The position numbers and the translations under genes were made by a program. The notes under the pieces were generated by a model. The model searched no databases. It was not told the origin of the DNA and was given only the letters and a program-made list of their open reading frames with translations. Positions 35,859 to 45,491 of a stretch of 64,000 nucleotides of DNA are shown in pieces; position 1 is the first letter of the stretch, and each line of letters starts with the position of its first letter. The DNA comes from an uncultured Eubacteriales bacterium. Lineage in GTDB: Bacteria; Bacillota; Clostridia; Christensenellales; CAG-138. The stretch is taken from assembly GCA_900319345.1 (NCBI GenBank), contig ONNZ01000005.1:18581-82580 (forward strand), given 5' to 3'.

Positions 35859-37595
35859 ATGGAAAAGTTGCGTCGATTTTTAGCCTATTACGGGCCCCAC
35901 AAGGGGCTTTTCATCCTGGACCTTGCCTGCGCGCTGGTGGTCGCCGCCGTGGACGTGGCGTTCCCCCTTGTGACTCAGTACATCCTGCGCACCCTGCTGC
36001 CCGCCATGACGGCGGACAACGGCCTGGTCCGGGTATTCGTGATCCTGATCTGCTGCCTCATCTGCGCCTACATGATGCGGGCCGTCCTGCAGTTCGTCAT
36101 CGGCTACTGGGGCCACCGGCTGGGCACCTTCATCGAAGCGGACATGCGGCGGGACATCTTCACCCACATCCAGACCCTGCCCTTCGCCTTCTATGACAGG
36201 ATCCGCACGGGCAAGCTCCTCTCCCGGATCACCAACGACCTCTTCGAGGTGACGGAGCTGGCCCACCACGGCCCCGAGGACGTGCTCATCTCCACCATGA
36301 CGATCCTTGGCGCATTCATCGCTATGTTCAGCATCGAATGGCGGCTCGCCCTGTGCCTGTTGATCCTGCTGCCGGTCATCGTCTATTTCGTGATGCACAC
36401 CCGGCTCAAGATGCGTCGCACCAGCCGCCAGGTGAAGGAGCGGATGGCGGAGATCAACGCAGACATCGAAAGCTCCATCTCCGGGGCCAGGACTGCCAAG
36501 GCCTTCGCCAACGAGAAGTACGAGATCAAAAAGTTCGAGAAGGGCAACAAAAACTTCTTGTCCGCCAAGAAGGATTTCTATAAGGTCATGGCCGTCTTCA
36601 ACAGCGGCACGGAGTTCTTCCTGGCCATGTTCAACGTGGCGGTCCTCGCCTGCGGCGGATACCTGATCTATCGGCGGCAGCTGGACACGGTGACCCTCAT
36701 CACCTTCACCCTGTACATCTCCACCTTCACCTCCCCCATCAAGCGGCTGGCCGCTTTTGCGGAGCAGTACATGATCGGCATGGCCGGGTTCACCCGGTTT
36801 CTGGAGATCATGGACACCAAGCCCGCCATCGAGGACAAGCCTGACGCAATCGAATTGAAGGACGTGAAGGGCGACATCGCCTTCTCCCACGTGTCCTTCG
36901 CCTACAACGAGGGGCAGAACGTCCTGCAGGACGTGGACCTCTTCATTCCCGCCGGGAAGACCCTGGCCCTGGTGGGCCCCTCCGGCGGCGGCAAGACCAC
37001 CCTGTGCCACCTGCTCCTGCGGTTCTACGACATTCGGGAGGGCAGCATCACCATCGACGGCCACGACATCCGGGACGTGACCATGCGCTCTTTGCGGGAG
37101 AACGTAGGCATTGTGCAGCAGGACGTGTTCCTGTTCGCGGACAGCATCCTGGAGAACATTCGATACGGACGGCTGGACGCCACCGACGAAGAGGTCGTCG
37201 AGGCGGCCAAGCGGGCCCACATCCACGAGGAGATCATGACCTTCCCCGACGGGTACGAGACAAACGTGGGCGAACGGGGCATGCTCCTGTCCGGCGGTCA
37301 GAAGCAGCGGGTTTCCATCGCCCGGCTGTTTTTGAAGAATCCGCCGGTGCTGATCCTTGACGAAGCCACCTCCGCCCTGGACACCCTGACCGAAGCCGAT
37401 ATCCAGCACTCCTTCGACGAATTGAGCAAAGGCCGGACCACCCTGGTCATCGCCCACCGGCTCTCCACTGTGCAGAATGCGGACGAGATCGTGGTCATCG
37501 ACGAGCACGGCATCCAGGAGCGAGGCACCCACGAGGAACTGCTGGCCAAAAACGGCCTCTATTCGGGCTTCTATCAGGCCACGCTGCGGGGCTAA
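35859..37595 (+). CDS. ABC exporter, fused permease/ATPase
   Basis: TM domain; GPSGGGKT, LSGGQKQR, LILDEATS, IAHRLST. Confidence 0.95.
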   Translation: MEKLRRFLAYYGPHKGLFILDLACALVVAAVDVAFPLVTQYILRTLLPAMTADNGLVRVFVILICCLICAYMMRAVLQFVIGYWGHRLGTFIEADMRRDIFTHIQTLPFAFYDRIRTGKLLSRITNDLFEVTELAHHGPEDVLISTMTILGAFIAMFSIEWRLALCLLILLPVIVYFVMHTRLKMRRTSRQVKERMAEINADIESSISGARTAKAFANEKYEIKKFEKGNKNFLSAKKDFYKVMAVFNSGTEFFLAMFNVAVLACGGYLIYRRQLDTVTLITFTLYISTFTSPIKRLAAFAEQYMIGMAGFTRFLEIMDTKPAIEDKPDAIELKDVKGDIAFSHVSFAYNEGQNVLQDVDLFIPAGKTLALVGPSGGGKTTLCHLLLRFYDIREGSITIDGHDIRDVTMRSLRENVGIVQQDVFLFADSILENIRYGRLDATDEEVVEAAKRAHIHEEIMTFPDGYETNVGERGMLLSGGQKQRVSIARLFLKNPPVLILDEATSALDTLTEADIQHSFDELSKGRTTLVIAHRLSTVQNADEIVVIDEHGIQERGTHEELLAKNGLYSGFYQATLRG

Positions 37596-38299
37596 CGCAT
37601 ATAGGATTCGAAGATGGATATGAGGGCATCCGCCGCCTCCGGGGCGTAGCGGGGCGAGATGGCTAAGGATATGAAATCATAGGGGGCGGCAGCACAAAAG
37701 CTGTCGTCTTCTTTGTATTCACGATACGGAATGAGAGGTTCCGGTCCGTTCACCCGTTCGAACAGGTCCGGGAAGGATTGGGGCAGGCGGATGTGATCGC
37801 CGTCCTTTGCAAGGATCTGACGAGGCACGTCCTCCCGGGAGAAGGGCCGGCGCACGTTCTCCAGGGAGCCCACGATCCGGGCGGCCAGGGCAAACAGCAG
37901 GTAGTTGGCCTCGTCCAGCTTCCTCTCCCGGTAGAACCGATCCAGCTCCAACCTGCGCTTCGGCGGCAGGGAAAGCACGTTATAGAGAACGTACCCCGGC
38001 CCGGGATAGCCGATGCCCAGGTCGCTGTGGGCGTCCACATGGGTCAAGTGAAAGGGAGCCTTGAGCTTTCCAGACTCCATCAGTTCCTTCCAGTAGCCAA
38101 GGGCCCCGTCGTGGGTCTCGAAAATGCGTCCCGGTATGGGGCGCTCTTTGGACAGCAGGCACCGCGTTTCTAAAAATGCGCGCACCGCCTCCCCCGCCCA
38201 TGGTTCATGGCCGACCAGGGACGGCCGCTGCCCCTGTTCCGCCATGGGGCAGCAGTCCTCCAGAAAGAAATCTAGATCCAAATCCAACACCCGCTGCAT
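37592..38299 (-). CDS. UPF0489 family protein
   Basis: VLDLDLDFF, HVDAHSDL, DEANYL, SPRY. Confidence 0.75.
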   Translation of the reverse strand: MQRVLDLDLDFFLEDCCPMAEQGQRPSLVGHEPWAGEAVRAFLETRCLLSKERPIPGRIFETHDGALGYWKELMESGKLKAPFHLTHVDAHSDLGIGYPGPGYVLYNVLSLPPKRRLELDRFYRERKLDEANYLLFALAARIVGSLENVRRPFSREDVPRQILAKDGDHIRLPQSFPDLFERVNGPEPLIPYREYKEDDSFCAAAPYDFISLAISPRYAPEAADALISIFESYMR

Positions 38300-38387
38300 G
38301 CTTCATTCCCTCCACGAATCTACAGTATACCACTTTTCTTTCCCATTCCAACATGCTATACTGATGAAAATATAAGGAGTCCTCTCC

Positions 38388-39050
38388 ATGAGACCGGTTT
38401 TCATCATCCTCTATCTATCCTTGCTGGGCCTGTATCTGTTCGTAGAGACCGGGGACAGCCTTCGGCGGCGGGCGGTGAACAAGATCCTCCTGTCCTCCCT
38501 GTTCCTGTTCTTCGGGCAGTTTTGGTTCTGGACCAACGGCTATGCCCGGGGCTGGCAGTTCATGGCCCTGGTGGGCATGTTCTACGCCTGTATGGGCGAC
38601 GCCCTTCTGCTGTTCAGCTTCGGCGCCGGCGGCGCTGCCTTCGCCGTTTGCAACCTCTGCTTCATCGGCTACACCTTCTGCACCCTCTTTTTCGGCGGCG
38701 CGTTCCCCCAGGCGCTGATCTTTTTGGCGGTGGGGCTGCTGGCGTTCTTCGGCATCTTCTTAGGCGCCACGAGGAGCAAGTGGATCGATCTTGGCGAGAA
38801 GACCGGCCTGGCGTTTTTCTATATGCTGACCGTAGCCCTCCACGGCATCCTGGGCGTCGCCGCCGCCGTCCTGCTGCCCAGCGCCCATATCATCCTGTTG
38901 GGCGTGGGCCTGTGTCTCTTTATGATCGCCGACCACTTCCTGGCGATCTATAAGTTCAGAACCAAAAATAAGCGGGCGCTGCGCATCAACACCTCCTGCT
39001 ACTTTCTCGGGATGATGCTGGTGGCGCTGAGCTTCTCCGTTTTGCCGTAA
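38388..39050 (+). CDS. YhhN/lysoplasmalogenase-like membrane protein
   Basis: Multi-TM; GDALL, LFMIADHFLA, CYFLG. Confidence 0.7.
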   Translation: MRPVFIILYLSLLGLYLFVETGDSLRRRAVNKILLSSLFLFFGQFWFWTNGYARGWQFMALVGMFYACMGDALLLFSFGAGGAAFAVCNLCFIGYTFCTLFFGGAFPQALIFLAVGLLAFFGIFLGATRSKWIDLGEKTGLAFFYMLTVALHGILGVAAAVLLPSAHIILLGVGLCLFMIADHFLAIYKFRTKNKRALRINTSCYFLGMMLVALSFSVLP

Positions 39051-39077
39051 CGTACACTATCGAAAGAAGGCGAATGC

Positions 39078-39983
39078 ATGAAACACATCTTCCTCTATAA
39101 CCCAGCCGCCGGACAGGGCGACGCGAAGGCCTGCATCGAAGCGACCGTAGCCCAGCACCCGGACTGCGAACTCTATGTGACCCGAGAGCCCCGAGACGCC
39201 ACCCGCTACACGGAGAAGCGCATCGCCTCATCCCCTGATGAAAAACTCTGCTTCGTGGCCTGCGGCGGCGACGGGACCATCAACGAGGTGGCTTCAGCCG
39301 TGGCCGGTCACGAAAACGCCTGCTTCACCGTCTACCCCTGCGGCAGCGGCAACGACTTCGTGAAGATCTACGGCGGCCGGGAGCGCTTCCTGGATATGAA
39401 CGCCCTGCTGGCGGCGGAGCCGGCCCCCATCGACATCCTGAAGGTGGACGACCGCTGGTGCATCAACGTATTCAGCTTCGGCTTCGACACCGGCGTATTG
39501 AAGACCATGAACAACGTGAAGCGCAAGCCCCTCATGGGCGGCCAGCGAGCCTACTACGTAGGCATCGTCCACGCCCTCATGAAGTCCATGAAGACCGGCT
39601 GCACCATCACTGTGGACGGGGAGCCCTTCTATAGCGGCGACATCCTCCTCTGCACCTTCGCTAACGCCCAGTACGTGGGCGGCTCCTTCAAGTGTGCGCC
39701 TCGGGCCAAGGTGGACGACGGTCTCATCGAGGTCTGCCTGGTGAAGCCCATCTCCCGTCTCTCCTTCGTGAACCTGATCGGCACCTACACCAACGGCACC
39801 CATCTGGAGGACCCGCGGATGAAGGACATCGTCCTCTACACCCAAGGGAAGAAGCTGACGGTGGAGAGCGCCAAGGGGTTGCTGCCCGTGTCCCTGGACG
39901 GGGAGGTCATCGAACGAAAGCGGTTCACCGTGGAGGTGGTCCCCGGCGGCGTGAACTTCGCTCTGCCGGAGGTAAAGGAATAA
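39078..39983 (+). CDS. Diacylglycerol/lipid kinase (YegS/BmrU family)
   Basis: NPAAG, GGDGTINEV, PCGSGNDF, DGE. Confidence 0.92.
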   Translation: MKHIFLYNPAAGQGDAKACIEATVAQHPDCELYVTREPRDATRYTEKRIASSPDEKLCFVACGGDGTINEVASAVAGHENACFTVYPCGSGNDFVKIYGGRERFLDMNALLAAEPAPIDILKVDDRWCINVFSFGFDTGVLKTMNNVKRKPLMGGQRAYYVGIVHALMKSMKTGCTITVDGEPFYSGDILLCTFANAQYVGGSFKCAPRAKVDDGLIEVCLVKPISRLSFVNLIGTYTNGTHLEDPRMKDIVLYTQGKKLTVESAKGLLPVSLDGEVIERKRFTVEVVPGGVNFALPEVKE

Positions 39984-39991
39984 CCCAAAAC

Positions 39992-40025
39992 AAAAGCAGG
40001 TCCCGCCAGAAGCAGGACCTGTTTT
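39992..40025. terminator. Bidirectional terminator
   Basis: AAAAGCAGGTCC-loop-GGACCTGTTTT. Confidence 0.7.
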
Positions 40026-40026
40026 C

Positions 40027-40386
40027 TTATGGATTCATGGCGGCGTGTTCCGCTACCAGCTCCCGATGGAGCCGGCTGGGCGTCCAGCAGAGGTTATGCT
40101 CTGTGGTAATTGCCTTATAGGTCACGGTAGCCTGAAGCATCTGCATCCCGTTCAGCAACCCGTGGAACTGCTCGGCGCTGAGTCCGTCCAGCACCAGCAT
40201 CTCTTCCGTAAAGGGGGCATCCAACGTAAGTGAAGCGGATGTGCCTCCCTTTCCAAGGAGCATCCCCAAGGGCCGATTGCAGTCCTCCGACTTCCCCTCG
40301 ATAGCAACTATCCCATACTGCATCAGCAGAAACAGCAGCTTCATCTTCTTCTCGCCGGTGATATTGAACAGCAGCGCCTTGGCCAT
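40027..40386 (-). CDS. DUF3783 family protein
   Basis: EEMLVLDGLS, KAITTEHNLCWT, ELVAEH. Confidence 0.8.
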   Translation of the reverse strand: MAKALLFNITGEKKMKLLFLLMQYGIVAIEGKSEDCNRPLGMLLGKGGTSASLTLDAPFTEEMLVLDGLSAEQFHGLLNGMQMLQATVTYKAITTEHNLCWTPSRLHRELVAEHAAMNP

Positions 40387-40414
40387 GGTTTTATCCTTTC
40401 ATTTGGAAGAAATA

Positions 40415-40446
40415 GAAAAGAGCATCCCTTCACGGATGCTCTTTTC
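40415..40446 (-). terminator. Terminator of tRNA-Leu
   Basis: GAAAAGAGCATCC-loop-GGATGCTCTTTTC. Confidence 0.8.
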
Positions 40447-40449
40447 CGC

Positions 40450-40533
40450 TGGTGCGGTGGACGAGACTTGAACTCGTACGCGCGAAGCACACGCACCTCA
40501 AACGTGCCTGTCTGCCAATTCCAGCACCACCGC
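40450..40533 (-). tRNA. tRNA-Leu(GAG)
   Basis: GCGGTGG/CCACCGC acceptor, anticodon arm CACGT-TTGAGGT-GCGTG, long variable arm, GTTCAAGT, CCA. Confidence 0.95.
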
Positions 40534-40543
40534 GCATTTATGG

Positions 40544-40572
40544 ATTATAATGGAGGCGTGGCCATTTGTCAA
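40544..40572 (-). promoter_or_regulatory. Sigma-A promoter of tRNA-Leu
   Basis: TTGACA-N17-TATAAT. Confidence 0.88.
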
Positions 40573-40613
40573 TCCTTCGTGTAAAAATCTTTTTATCGCG
40601 CATACTACCCTCC

Positions 40614-41831
40614 ATGAGACATGTATTGCTTTTGATGCTGTTGTTCTGCCTGCTGTGGGGCTGTACCGACAAGCGGGCGGAAGGGGCCAAGAAACCGACG
40701 AAAACCAGCATTCTAGGGCAGTCCCGGACCGCCTCGCCCTCTCCCACGCTCCTGGATCCGGCGCAAAAAACGCTGGACCTGTGCGTAGGCAACGACGTGG
40801 TCAGCTACCGGCTGTCCGATATGGGCGTGATGGTGGGCAGCGCCGGCGGGCTGGTCATCGACGAGAAGGTGTTCGAGGCCTTCTATCAGCGGCTGAACGA
40901 TCTCTATGGGTCCCCGGCCCAGGACGCCAAGATCCTCTATTCGGAGGATCCGTCGTCGCCGTTGACCTTTATCCCGGAAGCAGAGGGCCAGCGGATCGAC
41001 GAAGATTCTCTGTTGCGTGCCCTTACGGACGAATCCACCGCCGGCTCGTTCACGGTGGACCTGCTGCCGGTCAAGGCTGACCTGACCGAAGTGGAGCTCA
41101 AGGCGAGATATGCGCTGCTCTCCACCTTCACCACCTCCTTCAAGGGCTCCACCCTGGGGCGAAAGAACCGGGTGAACAACATGGCTCTGGCCGTGTCCCG
41201 GATCAACGGCGTTGTGCTGGAACCCGGCGAAGAGTTCAGCATGAATAAGACCATTTTGGATCGTACCAAGGAAAACGGCTACTATCTGGCACCGGCCATC
41301 CGCAACGGCGCCTATGAGAAGGAGTACGGCGGCGGGGTCTGCCAGGTGTCCTCCACCCTGTTCAACGCCGTCATGATGGCGGACCTGACCATCACCGAGC
41401 GCCACCACCACAGCTGGCCCATGCACTACGTGCCCATCGGCCGGGACGCCACCATCGCCACCGGGTACAAAGATTTCAAGTTCGTCAACTCCACGGAGGG
41501 CGAGCTGGTGATCTTCGCCCATCTCGACAAGAAAGCCAAGACCATAACCGTCCGCCTCTACGGCATCCATAGCACGGACTTCGACCATATCCAGATCACC
41601 TCCAAGCGCACCGGCTCCTTGCCCGCCAAGGGCACCAAGGTGAAGCTGGACGAAAGCCTGTCCCATGGGTCACGGGTGGAGGAACGTAAGGAGCGCCGGG
41701 GCCGGACCTCCGTGACCTACAAGGAATACTACGACGCCGAGGGCAAGCTCATCAAAAAGGAGACCGCCTACGAGGACAGCTACCCCTCCATCGAGGGGCT
41801 GGTGTACGTGTCCGCGGACCTGTACCGATAA
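40614..41831 (+). CDS. VanW family lipoprotein with G5-like C-terminus
   Basis: Lipobox LLWGC; RVNNMALA, PGEEFS, GGGVCQVSSTLFNA, ERHHHS, GRDATI. Confidence 0.88.
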   Translation: MRHVLLLMLLFCLLWGCTDKRAEGAKKPTKTSILGQSRTASPSPTLLDPAQKTLDLCVGNDVVSYRLSDMGVMVGSAGGLVIDEKVFEAFYQRLNDLYGSPAQDAKILYSEDPSSPLTFIPEAEGQRIDEDSLLRALTDESTAGSFTVDLLPVKADLTEVELKARYALLSTFTTSFKGSTLGRKNRVNNMALAVSRINGVVLEPGEEFSMNKTILDRTKENGYYLAPAIRNGAYEKEYGGGVCQVSSTLFNAVMMADLTITERHHHSWPMHYVPIGRDATIATGYKDFKFVNSTEGELVIFAHLDKKAKTITVRLYGIHSTDFDHIQITSKRTGSLPAKGTKVKLDESLSHGSRVEERKERRGRTSVTYKEYYDAEGKLIKKETAYEDSYPSIEGLVYVSADLYR

Positions 41832-41893
41832 GGATCATTTGACGGCGGGCGGTTCGGGGAGTATACTGACAGAAAAAACAGGAGTGTACTGCC

Positions 41894-42679
41894 ATGATCC
41901 TGATCCGCGGCGCGGGCGATATCGCCAGCGGCATCGCCGTCCGCCTCTTTCGATGCGGGTTTACCCTGGTTATGACCGACCTTGCAAAGCCCACTTCCAT
42001 CCGTCGAACGGTGTGCTTTTCTGAAGCGATCCTCCATGGTGCCTGCACCGTGGAGGACATCACGGCGGAGCAGGCCATAACGAAGGCCGACGCTGACGAT
42101 ATCTGGGCCCGAGGCCATATCCCCGTGTTCGCTGACGACGAGGGCACGGCCCTGTCCCTGCTGCGACCTGATGCCGTGGTGGACGCCCGCCTGGCCAAGG
42201 TGAACCTGGATTCCTCCATCACCGACGCCCCTATCGTGGTAGCCGTGGGCCCCGGGTTCACTGCCGGTCGTGACTGCCACGCGGTGGTGGAGACCCAACG
42301 GGGCCACTACCTGGGCCGGACCATCTACGCGGGCGCCGCCGCTCCCAATACGGGCGTTCCCGGCAACATCGGCGGCTACACCGTGGAGCGGATCATCCGC
42401 GCCCCCCAGGCCGGCGTCTTCCATCCTCTCCGCGCCATCGGCGACCAGGTCCAAGCTGACGAGATCGTGGCATATGTGGACGAAACGCCCGTCACCTGCC
42501 GTATCAGCGGCATCCTGCGCGGCATCCTGCCCGAGGGTATTCGGGTCCATGAGGGCATGAAAAGCGGCGACGTGGACCCCCGCTGTCAGCCGGACCACTG
42601 CCGCTGCGCCTCCGACAAGGCTCTCTCCGTGGGCGGCGGCGTCCTGGAAGCCCTTCTCCATTTCGGATATCGGGAATAA
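41894..42679 (+). CDS. yqeB: YqeB (selenium-dependent molybdenum hydroxylase accessory protein)
   Basis: IRGAGDIASG, IRRTVCF, GPGFTAG, ETQRGHYLG, LRGIL, GDVDPR, SDKALSVGGGVLEA. Confidence 0.88.
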   Translation: MILIRGAGDIASGIAVRLFRCGFTLVMTDLAKPTSIRRTVCFSEAILHGACTVEDITAEQAITKADADDIWARGHIPVFADDEGTALSLLRPDAVVDARLAKVNLDSSITDAPIVVAVGPGFTAGRDCHAVVETQRGHYLGRTIYAGAAAPNTGVPGNIGGYTVERIIRAPQAGVFHPLRAIGDQVQADEIVAYVDETPVTCRISGILRGILPEGIRVHEGMKSGDVDPRCQPDHCRCASDKALSVGGGVLEALLHFGYRE

Positions 42680-42690
42680 GCGACACGCAT

Positions 42691-42720
42691 AAGGGCCGCA
42701 TGACGCGGCCCTCTTTTTTT
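42691..42720. terminator. Intrinsic terminator
   Basis: AGGGCCGC-ATGAC-GCGGCCCTCTTTTTT. Confidence 0.75.
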
Positions 42721-42724
42721 CCGT

Positions 42725-43291
42725 TCAGAACGGCAACAGTCCCAGATGCTCCAGCAGTATCTTGATGCCCAGCAGGATCAGGATCACGCCCCCGGCCAAC
42801 TCCGCCTTGCTCTTGTACTTGGTGCCGAAGATGCTGCCGATCTTCACGCCCAGGGCGGAGAGCAGGAAGGTGATGACGCCGATGAAGGTGACGGCGGGCA
42901 GGATGCGGACTTCGAGAAAGGCGAAGGTCACGCCCACGGCCAGGGCGTCGATGCTGGTGGCGATGGCCATGATCAGCATGGTCTTGAAGCCCAGGGAGGG
43001 GTTAACGTGCTCCGGGTCCTTATCCAGGGATTCCCGGACCATGTTGGCCCCGATGAGGACCAGCAGGATCATGGCGATCCAGTGATCCACGGCGGCGATG
43101 TATTCGGCGAAGCTGCTGCCCAAGAAATACCCGACGAGGGGCATCAAGGCCTGGAAGCCCCCGAACCAGAGGCCCACGATCAGCACGTGCTTCCACTGTA
43201 TCCTGCCGATAGCCAGGCCCTTGCAGACCGCCACGGCGAAGGCGTCCATGGAAAGGCCCACCGACAAGATGAACAATTCGAATATGGTCAT
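42725..43291 (-). CDS. mntP: Manganese efflux pump MntP
   Basis: [25 protein letters not shown]. Confidence 0.92.
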   Translation of the reverse strand: MTIFELFILSVGLSMDAFAVAVCKGLAIGRIQWKHVLIVGLWFGGFQALMPLVGYFLGSSFAEYIAAVDHWIAMILLVLIGANMVRESLDKDPEHVNPSLGFKTMLIMAIATSIDALAVGVTFAFLEVRILPAVTFIGVITFLLSALGVKIGSIFGTKYKSKAELAGGVILILLGIKILLEHLGLLPF

Positions 43292-43445
43292 AGCATGATT
43301 CTCCTGTCAAAAGCACTGTGCATTGTACTAAATCCTGCGGTAAAAAGCAATAGGACCGTCGCAAAATGCGGCCTTTAGGATTGCTTTTTCAGGGAAATGA
43401 CCGTATACTGTTCTCCAGCAGGTTCATGGAACCGTATCTACAGGA

Positions 43446-44450
43446 ATGGAGCGAAGAACGATGAGTAGAACCGGATGGATCATCCTGATCGTGTGTCTGT
43501 GCCTGGTGCTCTGCATCTGCGCCGGGCTGTTCTTGGCCGGCAGAGTGGCCAACTCCCTGTTTTCAGGCCGGGAGAGCAGCAGCGATCACAGCAACGTCAC
43601 CCAGAAGTACAAGGACCTAAAGAACCCCTATTCGGCCGACGGGGCCTATTCCGTCAAGGCGGACGATTTGAAGGAGCTAGATATCGACTGGATCAGCGGG
43701 TCGGTGAAGGTGGAGCTGACGGACGGGGATGTGATCCGCTTCCAGGAGACCGCCGATCGAACCATCAGCGAGAAGGACGCCCTGCGCTACGGCGTTAGCG
43801 GCGGCAAGCTCCGCATCCAGGCCTGCAAGAAGAACCACGTGGGGAAGCTCCCCCGGAAGGATCTGGTCCTGTCCCTCCCCCGCACCTTGGCGGACCGGCT
43901 GCAGGAGCTCGAGATCGACACCGTCTCCGCCTCCATCTCGGCAGCTGATCTTCAGGTGAAGGAGCTGGAGCTCAACACGGTCTCGGGCAAGGTGGAAGCC
44001 AGCTACATGATCGCGGAGGAAGCGGGCATCGACAGCGTGTCCGGGGCCGTGGCACTGCTGGATTCTCACGTGGAGTCCCTTCGGATCGACAGCGTCTCCG
44101 GGCGCATCAACGTCTCCGGCACCTCGAGGAAGGTCAAGGTCTCCTCCGTCTCCGGGCCCATCGAATGCAATATGGACGAGTGCCGGGATATCCGCGCCAA
44201 TACCGTTTCCGGGCAGGTCACCTTCGTGCTCCGCAGCACGCCCAAGGATCTGAAGGTAGACACCACCTCCGGCGAGGTCCGCCTCGCCCTGCCCACGGAG
44301 GCCTCCTGCGCCATCGAGCTGGACGCCATGTCCGGCAAGCTGTTTCTCAACGACACCGCTGTGGGCGCCAAGCAGCTGACCTTGGGGGACGGCGACGCCC
44401 TGTTCGACATCGATACCATGAGTGGCAACGTGTACGTGTACACGAAATAA
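43446..44450 (+). CDS. DUF4097 beta-strand repeat protein
   Basis: N-terminal TM; repeated (D/N)(T/S)VSG motif; start 43446 or 43461. Confidence 0.82.
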   Translation: MERRTMSRTGWIILIVCLCLVLCICAGLFLAGRVANSLFSGRESSSDHSNVTQKYKDLKNPYSADGAYSVKADDLKELDIDWISGSVKVELTDGDVIRFQETADRTISEKDALRYGVSGGKLRIQACKKNHVGKLPRKDLVLSLPRTLADRLQELEIDTVSASISAADLQVKELELNTVSGKVEASYMIAEEAGIDSVSGAVALLDSHVESLRIDSVSGRINVSGTSRKVKVSSVSGPIECNMDECRDIRANTVSGQVTFVLRSTPKDLKVDTTSGEVRLALPTEASCAIELDAMSGKLFLNDTAVGAKQLTLGDGDALFDIDTMSGNVYVYTK

Positions 44451-44528
44451 TGCCCTTTCCCCTTTCCCATTTGACGAACCCGCCATAATCTGATACTATG
44501 GTTTTCAACAACTAAGGAGGAACATCCT

Positions 44529-45386
44529 ATGGCAAGACCTGTGAAGATCACCGCCGACACCCCCTGCGACATCGGCCCCATGCTGACGGAGCGCTACGAC
44601 GTGGAGCTCATCCCCCTGCATGTGACCATGAACGGGCAGGAGTACCTGGACGGTGTCAACATAACCAACGAGATGATCTATGACAACTGGGAGAAGACGG
44701 GCTCCCTGCCCAAGACCAGCGCGGTCAGCGTGGGCGAATACGAGGAGGTGTTTCAGCGTCTCACCGGCCAGGGCTACGACGTGGTCCATATCTCCCTGGG
44801 TTCCGGCCTGTCCGTGACCCATCAGAACGCGGTCATGGCGGCCGAGGAGGTCCCGGGCGTATACGTGATCGACTCCTGCTGTCTGTCCACCGGCACCGGC
44901 CTTTTGGTCTGCGAATCCGGGGAACGGGTCAAGAAGGGCATGGACGCCGCCACCATCTACGAGGAAGTGAAGGCCCTGAATCAGAAGAACTCCGCCAGCT
45001 TCATCCTGGACACCCTGGCCTTCCTCCACGCAGGCGGCCGGTGCTCCTCCCTCGCCCACATGGGGGCGAACCTCATGAGCATCAAGCCCAGCATTCGGGT
45101 GCTCAACGACCAGAACGGCGGCATGACCGTGGGCAAGAAGTACTTCGGGAAGCTGAAGAAGTGCATCATCGCCTACATCCACGATCAGCTGGACGGGCGG
45201 ACCGACATCGTGCGGGACCGGATCTTCATCACCCATTCCGGCTTCCCCGCGGAGGACATCGAGTGGATGAAGGCGGAGGTGGAAAAGTACGGCCCCTGGG
45301 GCGAGATCATCATCACCACCGCCGGCTGCACCATCTCCTCCCACTGCGGCCCGGGCTGCATCGGTGTGCTGTTTCTGACGAAATAA
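44529..45386 (+). CDS. DegV family fatty-acid binding protein
   Basis: ITADTPCD, PKTS, LHAGGR, ISSHCGPG. Confidence 0.93.
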   Translation: MARPVKITADTPCDIGPMLTERYDVELIPLHVTMNGQEYLDGVNITNEMIYDNWEKTGSLPKTSAVSVGEYEEVFQRLTGQGYDVVHISLGSGLSVTHQNAVMAAEEVPGVYVIDSCCLSTGTGLLVCESGERVKKGMDAATIYEEVKALNQKNSASFILDTLAFLHAGGRCSSLAHMGANLMSIKPSIRVLNDQNGGMTVGKKYFGKLKKCIIAYIHDQLDGRTDIVRDRIFITHSGFPAEDIEWMKAEVEKYGPWGEIIITTAGCTISSHCGPGCIGVLFLTK

Positions 45387-45491
45387 AAGATTTACAGATT
45401 TTCAACGTTCTGACCCTCCTTTTGGGAGGGTTTTCTGTTTCCAAAAGAGATCGAAGCATGCTATAATCAAACAAAGTCTTTCGGAGGTACT

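Noticed and set aside
35880-37532. Long antisense ORFs (also 19198-20688, 33091-34467, 56179-57942)
   Set aside because: Typical GC-rich shadows opposite well-supported genes.
43292-43445. yybP-ykoY Mn riboswitch upstream of mntP
   Set aside because: An inverted repeat (AAAAAGCAAT...ATTGCTTTTT) is present, but I could not see the riboswitch consensus, and a -10-like TACAAT lies close to the start; needs cmscan.
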